This document shows, piece by piece, positions 55,292 through 62,097 of a DNA stretch of 64,000 nt. The DNA is taken from NCBI GenBank assembly GCA_046331225.1, contig JAXLRF010000005.1, forward strand, positions 166,647 through 230,646, given 5' to 3'. The DNA is from Acidimicrobiales bacterium. Its GTDB lineage: Bacteria; Actinomycetota; Acidimicrobiia; Acidimicrobiales; Ilumatobacteraceae. Under the pieces are notes generated by a model. That model did not search any database and was not told the DNA's origin. It saw only the letters and a list, made by a program, of their open reading frames with translations. A program made the translations under genes and the position numbers. Each line of letters opens with the position of its first letter. Within the stretch, counting starts at the first letter, position 1.

Positions 55292-56112
55292 CCGTGGCGA
55301 TCGACCCCGACGAGCTCGCCCGGCTCGAGGAGGAGCGGCGGTTCCTGCTGCGCTCGATCGCCGATCTCGAGCGCGAGCGCGACGCCGGCGACGTCGACCC
55401 GGACGACTTCGACGAGCTGATCGAGGGCTACACCGCGCGTGCGGCCGCCGTCCTGCGCACCATCGAGGAGGGCCGCTCGAACCTGCCGCCGAGGCGAGGC
55501 CCCAACCCGGCTCGTGTCGCGGCCTGGGTGGTCGGCACGTTGGTCGTCGCGATCATCGCCGGGTGGGCGGTCGCCCACTTCTCCGGGCAGCGGACCGCCG
55601 GCCAGACGATGACCGGCGGCCAGCCGGCCGACGAGGTGGCGCTCGCGCTCACCGAGGCGCGCAGCCTGCTCGGCCAGGGCGATCTCGGCGGTGCGTTCGA
55701 GCGATTCCAGCGGGCGACCGAGCTCGACCCGACCAATGCCGAGGCGCGCACGTACACCGCGTGGATCCTGGTGCTCAACACCCGGCTCACCGACGACGAG
55801 GCGGGCAAGCAGGTGGCGCTCGACACGGCGATGACCGCGTTCGCGGGCGTCGTCGCGGACGATCCGGGGTACGCCGACGCCCACTGCCTGTACGCCGTGA
55901 CGGCCGCGAACTTCCTCGCCGAGCCCGAACTCGACACGGCGCGCGAACAGGGGCAGCTGTGCCTCGCGAGCAATCCGCCGGCCGACATGGAAGGACTCGT
56001 GCAGGAGTTCCTGGCGGGCCTCGACGCGACCCCCGGCTCGACCCCCGAGACGAGCCCTGAAACGACCGCCGGCACGAGCGACGACACGACGGCGACGAGC
56101 ACGGCCCCCTGA
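55288..56112 (+). CDS. TPR-repeat protein, CcmI/CycH-like by position
   Basis: One TM helix (AAWVVGTLVVAIIAGWAV), then TPR-like helices (GDLGGAFERFQRATELDPTNAEARTYTAWIL). GTGA overlap with ccmH. Confidence 0.5.
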   Translation: MTVAIDPDELARLEEERRFLLRSIADLERERDAGDVDPDDFDELIEGYTARAAAVLRTIEEGRSNLPPRRGPNPARVAAWVVGTLVVAIIAGWAVAHFSGQRTAGQTMTGGQPADEVALALTEARSLLGQGDLGGAFERFQRATELDPTNAEARTYTAWILVLNTRLTDDEAGKQVALDTAMTAFAGVVADDPGYADAHCLYAVTAANFLAEPELDTAREQGQLCLASNPPADMEGLVQEFLAGLDATPGSTPETSPETTAGTSDDTTATSTAP

Positions 56113-56136
56113 GCGGGTGGGCTAGGTTGCCGCGGC

Positions 56137-56559
56137 ATGAGCATGCCGCCGCCCCCGCCGCCGAGTGATCGGCCCCCGCCCGGCTGGGGCGGCGCGCCCG
56201 GTGGGCCCCCGCCGCCGCCCCCGGTGTTCGGCGCCGCGTCGTACGCGCCGTACGGGCAGCCGCCCAAGCAGGGGACGAGTGGCATGGCGATCGCCGGGTT
56301 CGTGCTGTCGCTGGTGGCGTTGGTGCCGTGTTTCTGGGTGTGGTTCCAGCTGCCCGGTGTGCTGGCCATCGTGTTCAGCGCTCTCGGCATGCGCGCCACC
56401 CGGCACGGCGCGCGACCGGGGCGCGGTCTGGCGATCGCCGGGCTGGTGGTCGGCATCATCGCCGTCGCGATCGCGGCGATGTTGACGATCTACGTGTACA
56501 CGTCCGACGACTGCGACACCGACGGCTTCCAGATCAGCTGCAGCTTCGACGGCAACTGA
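56137..56559 (+). CDS. DUF4190-like membrane protein with a Pro-rich N-terminus
   Basis: PPPPPPSDRPPPGWGG, then two TM helices (MAIAGFVLSLVALVP..., LAIAGLVVGIIAVAIAAML). Confidence 0.6.
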   Translation: MSMPPPPPPSDRPPPGWGGAPGGPPPPPPVFGAASYAPYGQPPKQGTSGMAIAGFVLSLVALVPCFWVWFQLPGVLAIVFSALGMRATRHGARPGRGLAIAGLVVGIIAVAIAAMLTIYVYTSDDCDTDGFQISCSFDGN

Positions 56560-56586
56560 TCCGCGTCAGCGCCACCGTCGGCGACG

Positions 56587-57048
56587 TCAGTCGGGCGGCG
56601 GGGTGACCGACGCCGCGACGAACGAGCCGTCGGCATCGCGTTCGAGCCGCCACACCGTCGCCTTGCGCCAGTCGGCTCGCCCGTCGATGCGGCACCCGCG
56701 CCGTTCGAGCGCAGCCATGGTGTCGGGGATGACGTCGCCGTGGCTGCAGAGCACGGCACCGTCGGGTACCTCGGCGAGCAGGTCGAGCACCTGCTCGAAC
56801 GGGGTCTCCTCGGCCAGCCGTGCGTCGGGCACCACCTCGAGGTCGCAGCGTTCGCCGAGCGGTTCGAGCGTCTGCACGCACCGCACGTACGGGCTGCTCA
56901 CCAGCGCGGTGACGCCTTCGCCGGCCAACGCCTCGCCGATCCGGCGGGCCTGCTCGCGGCCCTTGCCGCTCAGCGGTCGCAGCGCGTCGTCGCCCTCCCA
57001 CCGGTCGCGGCTCCCGGCCTTGGCGTGGCGCACCAGGTAGATCGTCAT
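56587..57048 (-). CDS. Histidine phosphatase family protein (SixA-like)
   Basis: N-terminal IYLVRHAKAG (RHG-type motif), SSPYVRCVQT and a later LCSHGD. Confidence 0.75.
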   Translation of the reverse strand: MTIYLVRHAKAGSRDRWEGDDALRPLSGKGREQARRIGEALAGEGVTALVSSPYVRCVQTLEPLGERCDLEVVPDARLAEETPFEQVLDLLAEVPDGAVLCSHGDVIPDTMAALERRGCRIDGRADWRKATVWRLERDADGSFVAASVTPPPD

Positions 57049-57052
57049 ACGG

Positions 57053-57889
57053 TCAGCCGCGCACTTCGCCGGTGGCCCGGGTGTGCCGGCCGGCGAGACC
57101 GCGCATCATCAGCAGGTACACGATCGTGGTGCCGACACCGACGAGGGTGAACACGACGTTGATCGTGACCGAGTCGACCATCCGACGGGCGAGCTCGCGG
57201 TCGCCGAGGTTGCGCAACCCGGCCACGAAGTTGGCCGACGAACCGAACCCGACGATGGGGACCAGCCCGTACAGCACCCACCACACGTTGACGAGCGGAC
57301 TGACCGGCCGCTGCTTCCAGCTCGGGTCACCAGGCGCCAGTTCGGGATCGGAGCCACGCCAGAGCTCGCGGAACATGAGCCACGGGATCGCGTAGATCAC
57401 GCACGGCGGGCAGAACCACCCGCCGATCGCCCACCCGGGCTTCCACGTCTGGCCGTGGCGCCCGAGGTGGCCGAGGTTCGCGGCCATGCGGAACATCACG
57501 ATGATCGTCAGCACCGCGATCGGGATCACGAGCAGACCCGACAGCGACGACAGGTTGAGCTGGGTGGCGCTGCGGAACGACGAGGCGCTGCGCTCGCCGT
57601 CGAGGAACTCCTGCGCCGCGCTGCGCAGCTGCACCAGCCCGACGATCGACAGCAGTTGCAGCGGCACGGTGATCATGAGCAGCACGTCGATCGCCTTCGC
57701 GAGGCCCTTGACCGGCTTGAAGGGGCCGTGCATCACCGAGCCCGGCCCACCGTACGAGACGTACCCGGGCGGGGGACCGGGCACAGGTGGCGGCATCGCG
57801 GCTCCGCCTGCGAAGGGAGGCGGTGTGAGCGAGGGCGGCGGCGGTGGGACGCGCGGCGCGTCGGAGGGCGGCTGCCCGGAGTCCGTCAT
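57053..57889 (-). CDS. DUF4328-like membrane protein with a Pro-rich N-terminus
   Basis: A Pro-rich cytoplasmic head, four or more TM helices, and the conserved-looking block GGWFCPPCVIYAIPWLMFRELWRGSDP. Confidence 0.55.
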   Translation of the reverse strand: MTDSGQPPSDAPRVPPPPPSLTPPPFAGGAAMPPPVPGPPPGYVSYGGPGSVMHGPFKPVKGLAKAIDVLLMITVPLQLLSIVGLVQLRSAAQEFLDGERSASSFRSATQLNLSSLSGLLVIPIAVLTIIVMFRMAANLGHLGRHGQTWKPGWAIGGWFCPPCVIYAIPWLMFRELWRGSDPELAPGDPSWKQRPVSPLVNVWWVLYGLVPIVGFGSSANFVAGLRNLGDRELARRMVDSVTINVVFTLVGVGTTIVYLLMMRGLAGRHTRATGEVRG

Positions 57890-57934
57890 GCGTGCGAACG
57901 CTACTCAACCGGGTTCCGTCGTGCAGGCCGTCCG

Positions 57935-58567
57935 ATGCCGGTGCAGACTGTGCCGATGGGCTTCTTCGACCGCAACCGCAAGGAGTTGGTCGCGCGCGGG
58001 CTCGATCCTGCGCGTCTGCCGCCGGGCCAGTACCTCACCGATCGCTTCCCCGTGCTGCACGTCGGTGACGTGCCCGAGTACGCGCCCGGCCAGTGGGACC
58101 TCACCATCACCGGGATGGTCGACCGACCCTTCACCGTCGACCTCGAGCAACTGCGCGCGATGCCGGCGGTGACGCTCACCTTCGACATCCACTGCGTCAC
58201 CAAGTGGAGCAAGTTCGACACCACGTGGACCGGGGTGCGCGTGCGCGACCTGCTCGAGCGTGCGGGCGTGCAGTCCGGTGCCACGCACGTGATCGAGCAC
58301 GCCGAGTACGGCTACACCACCAACCTGCCGATCGCCGACATCACCACCGACGAGGCGATCGTCGCCTACGAGTTCGAAGGCGAGCCGATCGAGCCGATCC
58401 ACGGTGGACCGGTGCGCATCGTGGTGCCCCACCTCTACTTCTGGAAGAGCGCCAAGTGGGTGCGTGCGCTCGAGGCGAAAGACCGCGACGAGGCCGGGTT
58501 CTGGGAACGCAACGGCTACCACATGTACGGCGACCCGTTCACCGAACAACGTCACTGGGGCGACTGA
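57935..58567 (+). CDS. Sulfite oxidase-like molybdopterin-binding oxidoreductase (small, YedY/SUOX-fold)
   Basis: GFFDR..., LPPGQ, DIHCVTKWS, GGPVRIVVPHLYFWKSAKWV and GFWERNGYH are typical of this ~200 aa family. Confidence 0.75.
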   Translation: MPVQTVPMGFFDRNRKELVARGLDPARLPPGQYLTDRFPVLHVGDVPEYAPGQWDLTITGMVDRPFTVDLEQLRAMPAVTLTFDIHCVTKWSKFDTTWTGVRVRDLLERAGVQSGATHVIEHAEYGYTTNLPIADITTDEAIVAYEFEGEPIEPIHGGPVRIVVPHLYFWKSAKWVRALEAKDRDEAGFWERNGYHMYGDPFTEQRHWGD

Positions 58568-58606
58568 CCGCTCGCCCTCCAGGGCCGGGCACCCGGCTCG
58601 GCGGAA

Positions 58607-58741
58607 CGTTCTGGGCGCCACCCGCCCACGAACCTCCTGGACGTCGGCAGTCACTGGCACCCAAGACATTCCGCCCAGGTTCCTGGGCGCCGATGAGAAC
58701 TCACCGACGCAGCTCAGCCGGACGTCGTGGCGCCCAGAACG
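58607..58741. repeat. Double palindromic unit: four copies of the motif CTGGGCGCC(AC) in alternating orientation
   Basis: CGTTCTGGGCGCCAC (58607-58621), TGGCACCCAAGAC (58655-58667), GTTCCTGGGCGCC (58679-58691) and GTGGCGCCCAGAACG (58727-58741). The outer pair is a perfect 15-bp inverted repeat. An ungapped alignment of 58677-58753 to the reverse complement of 19020-19096 gives 51 of 77 matches by hand count. Confidence 0.7.
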
Positions 58742-58789
58742 AGCGGCGCCCACCGTGCCCGCCCAGAGCAGGGGCCGGCCCGCCGGCGC

Positions 58790-59938
58790 TCAGTTGATGC
58801 GCAGGCTGGGGCTGAAGATCTTCTTCGGCTTGAGGTCGACGGCGATGCTGCGGGCGATCTGCTGGAACGCCTGCGCAGCTTCGCTGTCGGGCAGCGCGAC
58901 CGTGATCGGGTTGCCCTCGTCGCCGCCCTCGCGCAGCGCCGGGACCAGCGGCAGCTTGCCGAGCAGCGGCACGCCGAGCTCGTCGGCGAGCTCCTCGCCG
59001 CCGCCGGCACCGAAGATCTCGTAGCGCTTGCCGTCGTCGCCGGTGAACCACGACATGTTCTCGATCACGCCGCGCACCGGCAGGTTGACCTTGGCGGCCA
59101 TCGCGGCCGACAGCGCCGCCACCTTCTGCGCCGCGGGCTGCGGCGTGGTGACCACGTACACCTCGCCGCGCGGCAGGTACTGGCTGAGCGACAGGGCGAT
59201 GTCGCCGGTGCCGGGCGGCATGTCGATGAGCAGGAAGTCGGGCTCGTCCCAGTAGACGTCGGTGAGGAACTGCTCGAGTGCCTTGTGCAGCATCGGGCCG
59301 CGCCAGATGACCGCCTGGCCTTCGGGCACGAAGTAGCCGATCGAGATGCAGCGCACGCCGTGCGCCTCGGGCGGCAGCAGCATCTGGTCGATGACGACCG
59401 GGTCGCGGTCGGTGCCGAGCATGCGCGGCACCGAGTAGCCGTAGATGTCGGCGTCGACCACGCCGACCGAGTACCCCTGCGACGCCAGCGCGACCGCGAG
59501 GTTGACCGTGACGCTGCTCTTGCCCACGCCGCCCTTGCCGGACGAGATGAGCAGCGGGCGGGTCTTCGAGCCGGCCTCGCTGAAGGGCACCTTGCGACCC
59601 TCGGCGTGGCCGTGGGCCTGACCGTGGCCGGCGGTGGCGGCGGCGTTGCCGTGCAGCATGAGGCGCACGGCCTCGCGCTCCTGGTCGGTCATCACCGTGA
59701 AGTCGAGCGCGACGTCGCTCACGCCGGCCAACGAGCCGACCGCGGCGGTGACGCGCTGCTGGATCTCGTTGCGCAGCGGGCAGCCTGCGACGGTGAGGGC
59801 GACCTGCACCGACACGCGGCCGCCGTCGATGCCGACCGTGCGGACCATGCCGAGATCGACGATCGAGCGGCGCAACTCCGGGTCCTCGACCGGTCGGAGG
59901 GCGTCGATGACCTGGTCGGTGCTGAGCGTGCTGGACAT
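58790..59938 (-). CDS. mrp: Mrp/ApbC/NBP35-family Fe-S cluster carrier ATPase
   Basis: N-terminal DUF59-like domain (VEDPELRRSIVDLGMV), deviant Walker A SGKGGVGKSSVTVNLA, and ENMSWF with the CxxC position replaced. 382 aa from the ATG at 59938. Confidence 0.88.
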   Translation of the reverse strand: MSSTLSTDQVIDALRPVEDPELRRSIVDLGMVRTVGIDGGRVSVQVALTVAGCPLRNEIQQRVTAAVGSLAGVSDVALDFTVMTDQEREAVRLMLHGNAAATAGHGQAHGHAEGRKVPFSEAGSKTRPLLISSGKGGVGKSSVTVNLAVALASQGYSVGVVDADIYGYSVPRMLGTDRDPVVIDQMLLPPEAHGVRCISIGYFVPEGQAVIWRGPMLHKALEQFLTDVYWDEPDFLLIDMPPGTGDIALSLSQYLPRGEVYVVTTPQPAAQKVAALSAAMAAKVNLPVRGVIENMSWFTGDDGKRYEIFGAGGGEELADELGVPLLGKLPLVPALREGGDEGNPITVALPDSEAAQAFQQIARSIAVDLKPKKIFSPSLRIN

Positions 59939-59976
59939 GGGCGACTCCGGGGGTGAAGGGCTGCGTCGAATTACCA

Positions 59977-59988
59977 CTACGCGCGTAG
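59977..59988. promoter_or_regulatory. Perfect 12-bp palindrome CTACGCGCGTAG in a divergent promoter region
   Basis: It lies in the 63-nt gap between mrp (minus strand) and the ArsR-like regulator (plus strand) and is flanked by AT-richer sequence (GAATTACCA...GGTAGAATA). Confidence 0.4.
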
Positions 59989-60001
59989 GTAGAATACCGG
60001 C

Positions 60002-60781
60002 GTGCCCCGGAACCAGCCCATCCCGAGCACCGACGCGCCGGTCACGTCCGGCACGTCCGGCACCGTTGCCCAGGACCGGGACGCCGGCGCGTTCACGGCC
60101 ACCGTGTCGGCGATCACCAACGCGTTCGGCGACCCGACCCGCCGGGGCATCTACCTGTTCGCCCGGTCGGCCGAACGCGGCGTCACCGCCGCGCAGGTGG
60201 CCGGCGAGTTCGGCCTGCACCCCAACGTCGCCCGCCACCACCTCGACCGCCTGGCCGCCGGCGGCTACCTCGAGGTGGCGGTCGAGCGAGCCGAGGGATC
60301 GGGTGCCGGCCGCCCGTCGAAGCACTACCGCGCCAGCAGCGAACGGCTGCCCGACGTCCCCGTGCGCAGCGACGACCTCGTGCTCACCCTGCTGGGCAAA
60401 GCGCTGTCGTTGCTGCCCCGGGCCGAGGCCGAGGCGATGGCCGAGGAGGTCGGTCGCGAGTACGGCGCCACCATGGCCGCCGGGCTCACCGGCAACGACC
60501 TCGCCGCCGGCCAGCGCTCGCTGCGCTCGGCGCTCGCGGCCGTCGCCGACGCGCTCACCGCACACGGGTTCGCCGCCCATACCGACCAGCGCAACAACCA
60601 GCTGCGCATCGTCAACAACCACTGCCCGTTCGGCGACGTGGCGATCGAGCACCCGGTGATCTGCGCGGTCGACCGCGGGATGGTGAAGGGGATGCTCTCG
60701 TCGTTGTACCAGGGCGACGCCCGCCCGTCGCTCGAGGCGTCGCTGCCGCAGGGCGACACCTTCTGCGCCACCGCCGTCTGA
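60002..60781 (+). CDS. ArsR/SmtB-like winged-helix transcriptional regulator with a C-terminal Cys-containing domain
   Basis: ITNAFGDPTRRGIYLFA...VTAAQVAGEFGLHPNVARHHLDRLAAGGYL (HTH), and a C-terminal NNHCPFGDVA...VICAVDRGM. The call uses the GTG start at 60002. Confidence 0.7.
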   Translation: MPRNQPIPSTDAPVTSGTSGTVAQDRDAGAFTATVSAITNAFGDPTRRGIYLFARSAERGVTAAQVAGEFGLHPNVARHHLDRLAAGGYLEVAVERAEGSGAGRPSKHYRASSERLPDVPVRSDDLVLTLLGKALSLLPRAEAEAMAEEVGREYGATMAAGLTGNDLAAGQRSLRSALAAVADALTAHGFAAHTDQRNNQLRIVNNHCPFGDVAIEHPVICAVDRGMVKGMLSSLYQGDARPSLEASLPQGDTFCATAV

Positions 60782-60802
60782 CCGCCGTCTGACCGCCGTC
60801 TG
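60770..60802. repeat. 11-bp tandem repeat x3 (ACCGCCGTCTG) plus a partial fourth unit
   Basis: Read directly from the sequence. Each unit spans a TGA (60779, 60790, 60801) and the three TGAs fall in three different frames. The first is the regulator's stop codon. Confidence 0.9.
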
Positions 60803-60887
60803 ACCGGCCCGCGGTCGGCGCGCTACGGTTCCGGCCGTCGAGGGGGCGACCGAGTGTGTCGCCCCGCAGTCGCGAAGGAGCGAAGAC

Positions 60888-61973
60888 GTGGCGCAGCAGG
60901 TTCGTGGAGTGGTGGCCAAGGGCAAGGGTCAGCCGGTGTCGATCGAGACGATCGTCGTCCCCGACCCGGGTCCCGGCGAGGCCGTCGTCAAGATCCAGGC
61001 CTGCGGTGTCTGCCACACCGATCTGCACTACCGCGAGGGCGGCATCAACGACGACTTCCCGTTCCTGCTCGGCCACGAAGCGGCCGGCATCGTCGAGTCG
61101 GTGGGTCCCGACGTCACCGGCGTCGCGCCCGGCGACTACGTGATCCTCAACTGGCGCGCCGTGTGCGGCAACTGTCGGAGCTGTCTGAAGGGCAAGCCGC
61201 AGTACTGCTTCTCGACGTTCAACGCGACCCAGAAGATGACGCTGCTCGACGGCACCGTGCTGTCGCCGGCGCTCGGCATCGGCGCGTTCGCCGAGAAGAC
61301 CCTCGTGGCCGCGGGCCAGTGCACCAAGGTCGATCCGGCGGCACCCGCCACCGCGGCCGGTCTGCTCGGGTGCGGCGTGATGGCGGGCATCGGTGCGGCG
61401 ATCAACACCGGCGGCGTCACTCGCGGCGATTCGGTCGCGGTGTTCGGCTGCGGCGGCGTGGGTGACGCGGCGATCGCCGGGGCGCGCCTCGCCGGCGCAG
61501 CCACGATCATCGCCGTCGACCTCGACGACCGGAAGCTCGAATGGGCCAAGGACTTCGGCGCCACCCACACCTGCAACGCGGGCACCACCGACCCGGTCGA
61601 GTACATCAAGAGCGTCACCAACGGCAACGGCGCCGACGTGTGCATCGAGGCCGTCGGCCACCCGGCCGTCTACAAGCAGGCGTTCGAGGCCCGCGACCTG
61701 GCCGGCACGGTGGTGCTCGTCGGCGTGCCGCGGCCCGACATGACCATCGAGTTGCCGTTCATCGAGGTGTTCGGCCGTGGCGGCCAGTTGAAGAGCAGCT
61801 GGTACGGCGACTGCCTGCCCACCCGCGATTTCCCGATGCTCATCAGCCTCTACCTGCAGGGCCGCCTCGACCTCGACCGCTTCGTCAGCGAGACCATCGG
61901 CCTCGACGACGTCGAGGAGGCGTTCCACAAGATGGAGCGCGGCGAGGTGCTCCGCAGCGTCGTCGTCCTCTAG
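60888..61973 (+). CDS. mscR: Zn-dependent class III alcohol dehydrogenase, S-(hydroxymethyl)mycothiol dehydrogenase-like
   Basis: [60 protein letters not shown] and [14 protein letters not shown] closely resemble mycobacterial MscR/AdhE2. GAAGGAG lies upstream of the GTG at 60888. Confidence 0.85.
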   Translation: MAQQVRGVVAKGKGQPVSIETIVVPDPGPGEAVVKIQACGVCHTDLHYREGGINDDFPFLLGHEAAGIVESVGPDVTGVAPGDYVILNWRAVCGNCRSCLKGKPQYCFSTFNATQKMTLLDGTVLSPALGIGAFAEKTLVAAGQCTKVDPAAPATAAGLLGCGVMAGIGAAINTGGVTRGDSVAVFGCGGVGDAAIAGARLAGAATIIAVDLDDRKLEWAKDFGATHTCNAGTTDPVEYIKSVTNGNGADVCIEAVGHPAVYKQAFEARDLAGTVVLVGVPRPDMTIELPFIEVFGRGGQLKSSWYGDCLPTRDFPMLISLYLQGRLDLDRFVSETIGLDDVEEAFHKMERGEVLRSVVVL

Positions 61974-62097
61974 CCGATCCGCCGACCGGCCGCCGCCCGC
62001 GGCCACCCCGGGCATCTGCCCGATGCGCAGCTGACGGGCCGCGGTGTTTGCTGGTCCCACCGGGTCGACGTCCGACGAACCGGTGGGGGTGGCGAGG

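Noticed and set aside
58568-58789. tRNA or other classic small RNA gene in the 222-bp gap.
   Set aside because: I could not fold a cloverleaf. There is no GTTCRANYC T-loop and no anticodon-arm geometry. The sequence is instead explained by alternating palindromic motif copies.
58727-59956. Plus-strand ORF starting VAPRTSGAH..., which resembles the MAPRTSGG start of the extended ALDH ORF.
   Set aside because: The resemblance comes from the shared palindromic motif (GTGGCGCCCAGAACG versus GTGGCACCCAGGACG). The rest of the ORF is antisense to the well-supported mrp gene and has shadow composition.
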